From positions 1 to 62,228 of the forward strand of contig CAXMND010000131.1 of assembly GCA_964194675.1 (NCBI GenBank): a stretch of DNA of 62,228 bases, in the 5' to 3' direction. The notes beneath the pieces are model-generated. The model was not told the origin of the DNA. It saw only the letters and a list, made by a program, of their open reading frames with translations, and did not search any database. Shown piece by piece: positions 43,256 to 53,342 of this stretch. A program made the position numbers and the translations under genes. Source of the stretch: an uncultured Coxiellaceae bacterium. GTDB lineage: Bacteria; Myxococcota_A; Polyangia; Polyangiales; Houyiibacteriaceae. Within the stretch, counting starts at the first letter, position 1. Every line of letters starts with the position of its first letter.

Positions 43256-45466
43256 GTGAGCGGAAGGGTGGGCTGGGCGCTTGTCGTGCTGGTCTGCGCG
43301 ACCGCGCCGTTGGTCAACCGCCTGATCTTGATCAATGACAAAGGCTTTGGCTGGCGGCTCGTCGACGTTCGCGGTGTGTTCGCCGACTTGTCGGTTGCGG
43401 CGCTCACTCTCGCACTCGTCGGAGCGCTTCTGTCGTTTCGTCGCGTTTGGGCGCGTATCGCGGCGTGGACGGTTCTAGCGGCTTTGGTGTTCATCAGCTT
43501 TGCGATGTTCGAGTTCGTATCCGCGTTCGATTCGTTGTACGCGCTCGGTCATGCCGGCTTTCTCGTGGATTCTACATTCCTCGGAGGCTCGGTTCGTCAC
43601 CTGCAACACCCCGTCTTCCTCGTTCTCATGATCGTGTTGTCGATCATCGCGGTGGCGTTGGGCGACGCGCCGACGGAAAGGTGGTGGTGGAGTGGCCTGG
43701 GGGTGGTGTTCGCAGCGTCGGTTTTAGGGCAAGTGGTGCTCCCCATTTGGCACGAGCAGGACGAATGGAGACAGCGTCACGCCCTGCAGGCCAATCTGTC
43801 TGCCCTCCGGATCTCCAACGTCGTGAGCACCGCCCGCACGATCAGCTCGGAGGTCCGTGACGTATTTCGCACGAATCTCGACGGGGACCGCTGGATCGAT
43901 CCGATCGACGGTAGCCCGAACGTGGTTCTCATCATGATCGAAGGGGCCTCCGGTGCTTACCTTCCGTCGATCGCCGCCGCCGAGAACATCGAGAGCGTCA
44001 CGAAGATGCCGAAGCTCGACGCACTCGCAAAGGATCACATCCTGTTCAGTCATGTCGTCTCCCACCAACGGCAGACGAACCGCGGTGAGTACGGAGTCTT
44101 GTGTGGTGACTACCCCAAGCTCGTCACCGATCAATCCAAGATGACGGAGCAGGTGTACGGGAGCGCGCGCCGGTGCCTGCCCGCGCTCTTCAGGGATGCA
44201 GGGTACGCGACCGTGTACATCCAATCGGCGCCGCTTGGCTTCATGCTCAAAGACCAGTTCATGCGGAAGGCTGGCTTCGAAGAGCTCATCGGGGATGCTT
44301 GGTTCCGGCAAAGCTACGCTCGCACGGATTGGGGCGTCGACGACAAGGCATTCTTCGAACAAGCCCTTCAGCGCGTCGTCGAACTCCACCAAGGGGACCA
44401 GCCGTTTTTCGCGACGCTTCTGACCGTGGGTACGCATCATCCATACACCTTTCCCGAGTCCTTTACGCCGGAGGGGGTCGCGGGTGAGCAGGCGAGAGCC
44501 TTTCGCTGGGCCGATGACGCACTTGAGGAGTTCCTCGTGCAGCTCGCACGGGCAGGGGTTCTCCGCGATACGGTGGTGATCGTCACCTCGGACGAATCGG
44601 TGGGCATGGCGCAGGCATCGAGCTCCTCGCAACGCCTCCTCTCGCAGAGTTGGTCCTTCGCTGTGGTCATGCTCCCGGAGCCGCAATCGGTGCGGGTCGA
44701 TGATCTATATGGGCACGTGGACCTCGCGCTGTCCGTGGCAGATCTACTTGGGATGGAGGATCAGGCGAAGGACTTCATCGGGCGGAGCATGTTTCGCCAA
44801 TACGACACGCCCCGCCGACTGTTCGGTGGCAACACGTATGCCCGCAGGGTGATCATGTGGGAGCCGACGGGGGGCGCGATCTATTGCGATGAAGCCTTCC
44901 GTCGTTGTACGCGCGCGATCTCCGAAGGCCCGTTCGGTCCGGTGACCGACACGCAGATCGCGTCAGCAAGAACGCGAAGGCTCGTTGCGGAGGTCGCTCG
45001 ACTCACACGATCCGGGCGCGCTGACATGACGCTCTCCCCCGGGATTGCGCTCTTGAGTGAAGAAAGAGTTCGCGTCCCGGCGGAAGACGGCAGGAAGCTG
45101 CTCATAGGAGGGCAATATCTACGTGTCCCTGCAGGCACGGTGGTTTGGGTCGACTTCGATCTCGAAGTGCTCGGCGAGCCAACTGCAACCATCGGGCTTC
45201 ACCAAGACGTTCTCATGAACGGGGACCTTGTCTTCGAGCGCAAGGGCATTCGGCTCGATGGGGGTGACCGCTGGCGGTTGAGCTACTCGTTTGGTGCGCC
45301 GGACGCTTCGAGTCACCTCGTGGTCCAACTGTACGCGCAGACGGTTGCGGGCGAAGTGACCGAGCTTCGATTTCACGAGGCGAGCATGTCGATGACGCGC
45401 GAACCCGTCGAATCGGAAGAGCCGACCCTCATTCGGGATGAAGTGATTCGGGGGCGGCGTCGTTGA
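43256..45466 (+). CDS. LTA synthase / phosphoglycerol-transferase-like membrane protein (alkaline-phosphatase superfamily)
   Basis: N-terminal TM bundle. Extracytoplasmic domain shows VVLIMIEGASGAY, HQRQTNRGEYGVLCG (Thr nucleophile context) and VIVTSDES. Confidence 0.7.
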   Translation: MSGRVGWALVVLVCATAPLVNRLILINDKGFGWRLVDVRGVFADLSVAALTLALVGALLSFRRVWARIAAWTVLAALVFISFAMFEFVSAFDSLYALGHAGFLVDSTFLGGSVRHLQHPVFLVLMIVLSIIAVALGDAPTERWWWSGLGVVFAASVLGQVVLPIWHEQDEWRQRHALQANLSALRISNVVSTARTISSEVRDVFRTNLDGDRWIDPIDGSPNVVLIMIEGASGAYLPSIAAAENIESVTKMPKLDALAKDHILFSHVVSHQRQTNRGEYGVLCGDYPKLVTDQSKMTEQVYGSARRCLPALFRDAGYATVYIQSAPLGFMLKDQFMRKAGFEELIGDAWFRQSYARTDWGVDDKAFFEQALQRVVELHQGDQPFFATLLTVGTHHPYTFPESFTPEGVAGEQARAFRWADDALEEFLVQLARAGVLRDTVVIVTSDESVGMAQASSSSQRLLSQSWSFAVVMLPEPQSVRVDDLYGHVDLALSVADLLGMEDQAKDFIGRSMFRQYDTPRRLFGGNTYARRVIMWEPTGGAIYCDEAFRRCTRAISEGPFGPVTDTQIASARTRRLVAEVARLTRSGRADMTLSPGIALLSEERVRVPAEDGRKLLIGGQYLRVPAGTVVWVDFDLEVLGEPTATIGLHQDVLMNGDLVFERKGIRLDGGDRWRLSYSFGAPDASSHLVVQLYAQTVAGEVTELRFHEASMSMTREPVESEEPTLIRDEVIRGRRR

Positions 45467-45475
45467 GGCAGGAGA

Positions 45476-46405
45476 CTAATTTTCCACGGGCAAATCGCCG
45501 CGGCTGCCCCATTCGTTCCATGATCCGTCGTAGAGTCGGACGTCTTCGAAGCCGAGCCACCGCATCACGAACCACGCGACTGATGCGCGGGAGCCCGACG
45601 CGCAATACGTCACGATTGCGTCGGTCGCCTCTACGTCCGGGTAGAGCTCGCGCACCTCGACGACGGTACGCATGGATCCCGAACTGAGATTTTTCGTCCA
45701 TTGCACTGATCGCGCCGTTGGGATGTGGCCTGCGTCAAACTCGCCTTGTGAACGGGCGTCGATCAAGACTAGATCGGGGTCGGTGTTCGGACCCTGAGGA
45801 AGTCGGTCGAAAACCCCGTCGGCGTCTTCGATCAACGACTCGTCGACGCCCACGATCGCGTAGTCTGATCGCATGGATGTCGGGGGACCGACCTCGACCT
45901 GCAACGCCGCTTGCTGCCAAGCGTCAAACCCTCCATCGAGCAGCCGCACGTCGCCGTGCCGGTAGTACCCGAGCGTCCATACAACCCGCGCTGCTGCGGT
46001 ATCGATTCCACCCGAGTACACGACCAGGGCAGTGCCGTTTCTCAAACCCGCCTGACGCAACACTTCCTCCACAGTATCTGGGGGCGCGACCTGCCCGTTG
46101 ATACCGTCGACGGTGGCTCGCAGGCCCGCCTGACTAAGGCTTAGTGCGCCGGGGATATGCGCCGCACCGAAGTCCAATGAGGAGCGAACGTCCACGATTT
46201 GAAGGTCAGCCGCATCGACTCGGTCTTCGACCCATGAAACATCGACGAGCAGGGCGGCGCCAATCGCCAGCTCTCCTGTTCCATCGGGAGTTCCTCTTGT
46301 CCCTCCAGTCCCACCGAGAGTCATCGCGCCGGAGTCGCCGCATCCCACCGACGCGCAAACGACGAGACCCAAAGCCAATTGAGTCAACGATGAACGGCGT
46401 CGCAT
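45476..46405 (-). CDS. tandem-rhodanese sulfurtransferase, predicted lipoprotein
   Basis: MRRRSSLTQLALGLVVCASVGC (lipobox) follows AAGGAG. Two rhodanese modules are present. Active-site loop YCASGSRAS. The track ORF extends to GTG 46483. Confidence 0.75.
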   Translation of the reverse strand: MRRRSSLTQLALGLVVCASVGCGDSGAMTLGGTGGTRGTPDGTGELAIGAALLVDVSWVEDRVDAADLQIVDVRSSLDFGAAHIPGALSLSQAGLRATVDGINGQVAPPDTVEEVLRQAGLRNGTALVVYSGGIDTAAARVVWTLGYYRHGDVRLLDGGFDAWQQAALQVEVGPPTSMRSDYAIVGVDESLIEDADGVFDRLPQGPNTDPDLVLIDARSQGEFDAGHIPTARSVQWTKNLSSGSMRTVVEVRELYPDVEATDAIVTYCASGSRASVAWFVMRWLGFEDVRLYDGSWNEWGSRGDLPVEN

Positions 46406-46479
46406 CGATCGCTCCTTACGGCACTCCGCATCGTCGGCGAGGATAGCGATCGACGGTGCCCTCTGCAATGTGCCCTGGG

Positions 46480-47886
46480 TCACGAAGGCTGTGGGCAGAG
46501 CCCTGCCATCAGGTGTCGGATTGCGGCGTCTAGGGCGCGGGAAACACAGGTTTGGTCACGGATGCGGGCGATGAGAGGCCAGGTTGCTCGTTCGCCTTCG
46601 AGGATGTGCCTCTCGAGCTCCTCGTGCGATATGTTGGAGAACGAGCGGAGGAGAGCCCGAGCGCGGAAGCGTGGGTGGATGTCGATGTCGCCGCTATAGG
46701 CTTGGTCGACGAGGGAATGAGCGAGGTCGATCGGCTTGTAGAGGGAGGTGCGTTGGGTGAGGCCGCGGGCGAGCTCGAGTTGGTGGGCGAGTTGCACCCG
46801 CAGGCTCGAGGCCGTGATGCCCGCAACGAAAGGGAGCAGGCCGCGTTTGTCGGTTATCCGGCGGACGGGCGCGACGTGGGGGTTCACCTGGCTGACGATG
46901 AAGTGATTGACATTGTGTAGACGACTCAGTCGACGCATCGGGAGATCGCCCTTGAACGTGCCGTCGATCCAAGTTTCGGTGGGCATGTACGGGACGCTTT
47001 GGCCGGACGGCAGGCGCTGATGGAGAGTGGCGGCGGGGAAGGCGCCGGGGATCGCGGCCGATGCGACCGCCGCACTGTTCAACAGGACGTCGGGAGTCGT
47101 GTCGTGGCAGAGCACCCGCGGTTTTTGGCGTTCACGCGTAGGCGACACACTGACGTTGACCGTGCGGCCCGTACGTTTGTGCGCTTCACCGAAGGTGTAG
47201 TCGCCGCAATTGTGCGCAACGATTTCTTCGAGGCGATCAGGATCATAGAGAGCGCGTTCGGTCGCCGCGCGTGCGGGCGGAAGGCGCTTGATGGCGTCGG
47301 TGCGGATGATCCTCGGATTCTCGAAAAGACTATGGAGCTCCGCATCGGTTCGAACGCCAAGGCCGCAGGCGATCATGGCGCCCATCGAGGCGCCTGAGAA
47401 CACATCGGGGAGCAAGTCGTGCTCGAACAGCGCCTTTGCGACGCCGAGATGAAAAAAGCCAAGGGTAGCGCCGCCGGAGAGCATCAGCGCCGATCGCCCG
47501 AAGATGTGCGCCGCTCGCCGAAATCCCGCCAATGTGAAATCGAGACCGAGCCCCGTCTCTTCAGGGTTCGCCAAGTACTCGATGCAGGCGAGTGCCTCCC
47601 CGTAGAAAGCTTCCACCACGTGCTTCGTGCCGAGTGGTGTCATCTCGTAGAGGCGAGGGTCCGCGAGCTCGCTGAGATGGCGGTACAACGCCTCCTGCAA
47701 CAACGGGATGAGCGCGGTGGCCTGTCCCGCCTCCCGTGTAAGGGTCAACTCCTCGGTGTGCGCGCGCAGAAGTGCGGCGTCGTAGACAGGAGACTCAGGT
47801 GCGGCGCGCCAGGTTTCGGCGTCGCGTCGCTCGGCGGCGAGCTCGGCACGCGCGCGCCACTGGTCGTAGTCGATTGCGGTCTTCAT
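46480..47886 (-). CDS. patatin-like phospholipase / lipase
   Basis: GASMGAMIACGLG (GxSxG) and WIDGTFKGDLP (catalytic Asp). A long N-terminal helical region resembles DUF3336-type TGL lipases. Confidence 0.75.
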   Translation of the reverse strand: MKTAIDYDQWRARAELAAERRDAETWRAAPESPVYDAALLRAHTEELTLTREAGQATALIPLLQEALYRHLSELADPRLYEMTPLGTKHVVEAFYGEALACIEYLANPEETGLGLDFTLAGFRRAAHIFGRSALMLSGGATLGFFHLGVAKALFEHDLLPDVFSGASMGAMIACGLGVRTDAELHSLFENPRIIRTDAIKRLPPARAATERALYDPDRLEEIVAHNCGDYTFGEAHKRTGRTVNVSVSPTRERQKPRVLCHDTTPDVLLNSAAVASAAIPGAFPAATLHQRLPSGQSVPYMPTETWIDGTFKGDLPMRRLSRLHNVNHFIVSQVNPHVAPVRRITDKRGLLPFVAGITASSLRVQLAHQLELARGLTQRTSLYKPIDLAHSLVDQAYSGDIDIHPRFRARALLRSFSNISHEELERHILEGERATWPLIARIRDQTCVSRALDAAIRHLMAGLCPQPS

Positions 47887-49862
47887 GGGGCCTCGTCGAG
47901 GTTTAGGCGACAGCGAATTCTGCGGAGCTGTTCTTCTTGCCAGGTAGCAAGGTTCTGCTCCAGAAGTAAGGCACGTTCGGGGTCGCTCGCCGAGACATCT
48001 TGTTGCTCGCCTGGGTCGCTCTCTCGATCGAAGAGGAGAGAAGTGTTGGCCGCCCTGTGGTGGATCAGCCGATGGGATCCCTGCGCGATCGCGACTTTTG
48101 GCTCGTAGCCCTTGTTCACGACCCGAATCTGGCGGAGCCGATCTCGGATTGAGGCATCGTCGAGCCTGTCGAGGCGAAAGTGGTCGAAAAGCTCGAGTCC
48201 TCGGATGGGAAATGCTTCGGCAAATGACGGGCGCTCCCGGTCCTCGGGACTAAGAGTGAAGAGGCTGCCTGCAGCAGCGTCTTGTGGAATCGGGAGGCCC
48301 AAGAAGTGGAGCACGGTCGGAGCGACGTCGGCCAGACCGACACCGACCGTTCGGGTTCCGGGAGTCAGGTCCGCGTGCCAGAGCACGAGGGGAACGTCGG
48401 TCATCCAGCCATTCAGGTATACGTGATGACCCCAGTAGGACTTCTCTCCGAGCGCCTCCCCATGGTCCGAGAAGAACACGACGAGGCTATCCTTCAGCCA
48501 TCCGTCGTCGTCGAGGTAGCTCATCAGCCGGCCGAGCTCTCGGTCGAAGTACGCTACCTCGCTGAGGTAAGCGTTCTTCTTCCCAGAGCCCATCGGGAGA
48601 CTCGGATGTTTGCGATATGGATCGTGCGGCGCGTAGTAGTGAACCCAGGCCATGACCGTCTCGTCGTCGGCGCGAGCGTCGCGCAGGTGCTGGATGAGGG
48701 CCGCGGTTGCCGCTTGGTCCGTAGGCACGAAATCGATGTGGACGCCGCTAGCCAAGAACTCAGCCACGATGGGCAGTCGGAACCAGTCGACATCGGGTAG
48801 TACCACGATCTGCCGATCGACTTGACCGACCGAACGAGTGAAAATCGTCTCCGGTAGACCGGGAAACAGATAGAGCTCCGCGGGACTGAGCCCGGTGAAC
48901 GCGCTGCCAACGGCAAACAGCGTCGCGGGATAAGTGCTCGTGGCATTCTCGAACGAGACGGCGGAATTCGCCCAACGCGAGAGCTCGGAGGTGACTGGAC
49001 GGTCGTTCGCGATCATTCCTACGACGTCTTTTCGAAGCGCGTCCACCGTGATCACGATCACGTTTCGACGCGCATCGGGGGCTGCCCAAGTCAAGCCCTC
49101 TGCGACGACCGGGAGGTCTTGCGGGCAGTCGAGGCCGCCCGATGAAAGCGGGTTATCATCGCCGAAACGGGGAAGCAGGTATAGCCTTGCGAGGGCGCCT
49201 ACGCGACTCTTCGCGATCGTTTCACGCTTACCGGTGGTGTCTAGATCAGCATCGATCTGGGAGCCGAGCGCGAATAGCAGGCATGCGGTCGCTCCGCCCA
49301 AGACGACGGGCCAGTATCGCCACTCCCGCACGAGGCCATACACCACGGCGGCGCTAAGAACACATGCGGGAAACACGAGCTGTGCGATCGAGTAGTCGTA
49401 GGCACGGTACCGGATGATGGCGAATGAGCAGGCGGCAACCCCTAGGGCACTGAAGATGAGCCAAATCGTGCGCTGCAACTTGCCTTGGGGGCGTCGGTAG
49501 CTCCACCAGAGCCACGCCCAACCGACGCCCGCGGCGAGTCCCACGAACGCAACCAGGATCAACCGGAGCGATGTCCGCTGCGGATGCGCGGCCCAGTGGG
49601 GACCTGACAACAGGAAGTCGCTATGGCTCCAAGCCGCGAGCATGGCGAACGATACGAGCGCTATGGTCGACGTCCATTTCACGGTCGCCCGGGCAGACGC
49701 CACCCACAGAACGACTCCGAGCACACCGAAGACGGGAAGCGACGCGAGCAACGCCAGCCAAAGAAGCTGTGCGAGCAGTGCCATCGAGATCGATTCGCCA
49801 CGGATCGCGAGCTCGCCGATGATGAATCCAACACATCCCAGGTACGATGCCGCCCACAGCAT
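47883..49862 (-). CDS. membrane-anchored sulfatase-like hydrolase/transferase
   Basis: About 8 TM helices. Then NVIVITVDALRKDVVG, STYPATLFAVGSAFTG, WVHYYAPHDPY and VFFSDHGEALGE. Start set at ATG 49862, 20 nt after the upstream stop; the track ORF extends to 50099. Confidence 0.75.
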   Translation of the reverse strand: MLWAASYLGCVGFIIGELAIRGESISMALLAQLLWLALLASLPVFGVLGVVLWVASARATVKWTSTIALVSFAMLAAWSHSDFLLSGPHWAAHPQRTSLRLILVAFVGLAAGVGWAWLWWSYRRPQGKLQRTIWLIFSALGVAACSFAIIRYRAYDYSIAQLVFPACVLSAAVVYGLVREWRYWPVVLGGATACLLFALGSQIDADLDTTGKRETIAKSRVGALARLYLLPRFGDDNPLSSGGLDCPQDLPVVAEGLTWAAPDARRNVIVITVDALRKDVVGMIANDRPVTSELSRWANSAVSFENATSTYPATLFAVGSAFTGLSPAELYLFPGLPETIFTRSVGQVDRQIVVLPDVDWFRLPIVAEFLASGVHIDFVPTDQAATAALIQHLRDARADDETVMAWVHYYAPHDPYRKHPSLPMGSGKKNAYLSEVAYFDRELGRLMSYLDDDGWLKDSLVVFFSDHGEALGEKSYWGHHVYLNGWMTDVPLVLWHADLTPGTRTVGVGLADVAPTVLHFLGLPIPQDAAAGSLFTLSPEDRERPSFAEAFPIRGLELFDHFRLDRLDDASIRDRLRQIRVVNKGYEPKVAIAQGSHRLIHHRAANTSLLFDRESDPGEQQDVSASDPERALLLEQNLATWQEEQLRRIRCRLNLDEAP

Positions 49863-49881
49863 CAGCGCGCGCTTTGGGACG

Positions 49882-51687
49882 CTACTGGACACGGTACTTG
49901 CTGACTTTCCCACGGAGGGACGCCTCTTCGGCAGTCGATCGAGAGACGATGATCGGAGGCTCGAACGCGTTTCGGAAGAGCCACCAGCGCGGAGTGATCG
50001 CTTGCGGGGCGACGTCCCAGATCTCGACGTCCGGTCCTTCGGCGCGCAGGTCGACCATGAAATAGCCGTCCAACTGTCGATACGGGTACCGGGCTGCAAG
50101 GTCGATTCGTTCGTTCTCGGGGAGATCGTCGACCGGAGCGATGAAGACCCAGCCCTCGATGCCCTGGTTGTTGGTGATATGTGGCCTGGGCCGTGGCGAC
50201 CACCGATAGGTCGCCCGATCGAGGGTGATATCGAAACGCGGCTCGAGGCGGCGTGACTTCAAACTCGGGTGCAATTGCACCCCCGTGTCACGATCGGTCC
50301 ACGCCTTCACGCTTTCGGCGAAACGAAGCTCGGGTCGTCCTGAGTCGTACGTGTCGACTGCGCCCCGCACCGGTGTGAAGAACCACATCGAACCCCCCAC
50401 GTAGCGCCCACGCGGAACGAGCTGTGCGTCACGAACGGCCAAGGGCACCAAGAAGATTGCGACGCTGAAGGCTGCCGCTCTCGCCACCTTGGCTCGTGCA
50501 AAGATCGACGGGCGGCCCTCTAGGGCACGGTTGACCCGGGTCTCGACCGAGCGTCCGATGGCCAGCAGAGATGTCGTGACGGCGATCGAAATGAACGGAA
50601 GTATTGGCCAGGCCCAGTACGAGTGCACCAATGCGCTCCAGCTGAAAGTGAGATAGTGGGCCAGCCCGGCAACGAGAAACGCGATGGGCACGAGGTCGCG
50701 CGCCTCGGCCTTGAAGCGCGCCAGCCGAGCACCCCACGCCAGGAGCCATGCTCCGGACAGCGCCAAAATCGGGGCGGTGAACATCAGCTCCGGGACGATG
50801 AGGAGGTGGGTTCGAAACCGCTGCCACGAAAGTGCTCTGCGTGCGTTGAACGTGCCCGTCAGCTCGTCGACATTCCCCGTCAACCATTCAACCAGTGCGA
50901 AGTGCCCTACAAACAACAACAACACCCACCCGCAGAAAATCCCTAACTGCAAGACCGCGATAGTGCTCCTTTGCGCCCCCACGCTAGCGCCTAGGTCGGG
51001 CCTACGGCCCGTCAGTTTGTCCGGCCCCACCGCCCCCACGCTAGCGCCTAAGGCCCAGTGGGCGGCGATGCAGAGGGCGACGTAGTAGGCGGGCCAGTCC
51101 CAGGTGGCGGCCATGGTGAAGGCGCCAAGGAAGAGAAAGAAAGGAGGCCACCGCCACGGTACCGCGTCCCTCGAGCGCACGTAGAGGTAGAGCACGAGCA
51201 GGCTCCAGAAGATGAACCCAGCGGAGTGGTTCGCCATGTTGGTGTAGATCGCGTTGATAGGTAGAGCGACGTAGATTGCGGCCGCCAAGAGTCCGTGAGC
51301 GTCGCTCCATAGTCGCCGCACGACCGCGAACAGCATGCAAAACGCCGCAACGCTCCAGAACGCGGCGACGAGTCGGATCGACAGTTCGCGGTCGCCGAAG
51401 ACGCCGATGCTCGCCACGTTGTGGAGGTGAAGTCCCAAGGGCGCATGGGTGTAGAGTCGCTCCTTCTTGGGGGGCACGTTGGCGGTATCGTATTGAAGGG
51501 GGAAGAGCTCACCCCATCGCAAGGTGTTGCGCGCGCCATTGTGATAAGCAGCTCCGTTCCAGCCGTTGTGGCCACGCGTCCACTGGTCGGCCACTCCCCA
51601 CATTCCGAGGAACACCTGACACGCGAGCAAGACGGCGAACGCCGCGTAGACGAGTGCTCGCCTGCCACCGACACGATCAGGGTCCAT
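49882..51687 (-). CDS. GT-C fold glycosyltransferase (family 39 / ArnT-PMT-like) membrane protein
   Basis: GHNGWNGAAYHNGARNTLRWGE...RLYTHAPLGLHL first-loop pattern. About 10 TM helices. A ~200-aa C-terminal soluble domain follows. Confidence 0.6.
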   Translation of the reverse strand: MDPDRVGGRRALVYAAFAVLLACQVFLGMWGVADQWTRGHNGWNGAAYHNGARNTLRWGELFPLQYDTANVPPKKERLYTHAPLGLHLHNVASIGVFGDRELSIRLVAAFWSVAAFCMLFAVVRRLWSDAHGLLAAAIYVALPINAIYTNMANHSAGFIFWSLLVLYLYVRSRDAVPWRWPPFFLFLGAFTMAATWDWPAYYVALCIAAHWALGASVGAVGPDKLTGRRPDLGASVGAQRSTIAVLQLGIFCGWVLLLFVGHFALVEWLTGNVDELTGTFNARRALSWQRFRTHLLIVPELMFTAPILALSGAWLLAWGARLARFKAEARDLVPIAFLVAGLAHYLTFSWSALVHSYWAWPILPFISIAVTTSLLAIGRSVETRVNRALEGRPSIFARAKVARAAAFSVAIFLVPLAVRDAQLVPRGRYVGGSMWFFTPVRGAVDTYDSGRPELRFAESVKAWTDRDTGVQLHPSLKSRRLEPRFDITLDRATYRWSPRPRPHITNNQGIEGWVFIAPVDDLPENERIDLAARYPYRQLDGYFMVDLRAEGPDVEIWDVAPQAITPRWWLFRNAFEPPIIVSRSTAEEASLRGKVSKYRVQ

Positions 51688-51720
51688 CTGCGAGGAGTAT
51701 GGCCGCTCGTGCCGCAGGCG

Positions 51721-53334
51721 TCAGCTTTCGAGAAGCCGTCGCGCGACGACGTGAGCCTGGATCTCGTTCGCGCCCTCGAAGATGCTGAGCACACGTGAGT
51801 CCACCAAAAGCCGCGAGGCCGTGTATTCCTCCGCATACCCGTTGCCGCCGTGGATCTGCACGTTGGCATCCGCCGATTCCCAAGCAGCTCGAGTCGCCAA
51901 AAGCTTGGCCATCCCGGCTTCGAGATCGCAACGCTTCCCTTCGTCTTTCTCACGGGCGCTGAAATAGGTCAGCTGCCGCGCCGCTTGGATGCGCGCGAGC
52001 ATCCTGCCGATCTTGCGAGCGACGCGTGGGAACTGGAAGATCGGACCCCCGAACTGTTCACGCTCACTGGCGTAGAGAATCGCATCCTCGAGCGACGCTT
52101 GCGCCACCCCGATACCTCGCGCGGCGGTTTGGATGCGCGCGCTTTCGAATGTCCGCATGAGCTGCTTGAAGCCCGCGCCTTCTTCGCCGCCAAGAAGCGA
52201 GTCGGCGGGCAGCTTGAAGTTGTCGAAGCCCAGCTCGTACTCTTTCATGCCACGGTAGCCGAGCACTTTGATCTCGGTTCCGGTCAGCCCCTCGTCGACG
52301 AACTCCGGCTCTCCGTCCTCGCCGGTGAGTCGTGTCTTCTCCGCGAGGAACATCGAGAGCCCGCGATAACCAGGCTCGTCCGGATTCGTGCGCGCGAGCA
52401 GAGTCATCAGGTCAGCACGGACCGCATGCGTGATCCATGTCTTGGCTCCGTTGACGACGTAACTGCCGTCGTCTTGTTTCACGGCCTTGGTGCCGAGGTG
52501 CGCAAGGTCTGAGCCGATGTTGGGCTCGGTGAAGACGGCGGTCGGAAGGACCTCGCCGGCGGCGATCTTGGGGAGCCATGTTTTCTTTTGCTCCTCGGTG
52601 CCGCCACCCATGATCAGCTCGGCCGCGATTTCTGCCCGGGTGCCGAGGGAGCCGACGCCGATATAGCCGCGTGAGAGCTCCTCGGTGACGACGCACATCG
52701 CGACCTTGCTCATGCCGAGGCCGCCGTGCTCCTCGGGGATGGTGAGGCCGAACACGCCGAGCTCGCTCATTTGGTTCACGATGTCCATCGGGATCAGCAC
52801 GTCGTTGCGGTGGATGTCTTGTGCCTGCGGAATGACCTCGCCGTCGACGAACTTCGCGAACTGCGAACGAACCTCGTCCAGCATTTCATCGCCGAAGCCC
52901 GGGTCCGGGAAGCCGTCATCGCGGGCTCGAGCCGCAAGTTCCAGGTACACAGCTCCATTCGCGTGCTCGTCGGAAAACGCGACGATCTCAGGGCGAAGCA
53001 GCGTTTCCGCCAGGTCCGCTTCGGTGATGCCGAGCTCGCTGAGACCGATGTTCTCGCAGGCGCCGAGGTCGATTCCGCCTACCAGGGTTCGGGCCACCTC
53101 GCCGATGTATGCGCGGGCGATCCTTTTTTCGTAGTTGCCGCCTAGACGCTCCGCCCAAAGCGCCAACTGGCGACACGCTTCGAGCTCGGTAGCCAAATAG
53201 GCGAGGGCATGAGCACCGAGCTGGTTCTCGTTGAGCTTGGTCGCACTAATGCGGTCCCCTTCGGAAACCTTGGCTTTGACGTTGTCGTGCGCGCGCCTGT
53301 AGAGAGCCTCGATGGTCTGGATGACTTCCTGCAT
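51721..53334 (-). CDS. mcd: acyl-CoA dehydrogenase, probable (2S)-methylsuccinyl-CoA dehydrogenase
   Basis: ACAD core with an N-terminal extension, 537 aa. Sits directly downstream of ccr. Start at MQEVIQTIE (ATG 53334). Confidence 0.65.
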   Translation of the reverse strand: MQEVIQTIEALYRRAHDNVKAKVSEGDRISATKLNENQLGAHALAYLATELEACRQLALWAERLGGNYEKRIARAYIGEVARTLVGGIDLGACENIGLSELGITEADLAETLLRPEIVAFSDEHANGAVYLELAARARDDGFPDPGFGDEMLDEVRSQFAKFVDGEVIPQAQDIHRNDVLIPMDIVNQMSELGVFGLTIPEEHGGLGMSKVAMCVVTEELSRGYIGVGSLGTRAEIAAELIMGGGTEEQKKTWLPKIAAGEVLPTAVFTEPNIGSDLAHLGTKAVKQDDGSYVVNGAKTWITHAVRADLMTLLARTNPDEPGYRGLSMFLAEKTRLTGEDGEPEFVDEGLTGTEIKVLGYRGMKEYELGFDNFKLPADSLLGGEEGAGFKQLMRTFESARIQTAARGIGVAQASLEDAILYASEREQFGGPIFQFPRVARKIGRMLARIQAARQLTYFSAREKDEGKRCDLEAGMAKLLATRAAWESADANVQIHGGNGYAEEYTASRLLVDSRVLSIFEGANEIQAHVVARRLLES

Positions 53335-53342
53335 GCCCACCC

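Noticed and set aside
43724-44686. 320-aa minus-strand ORF
   Set aside because: It is antisense to the LtaS-like gene and shows no motifs.
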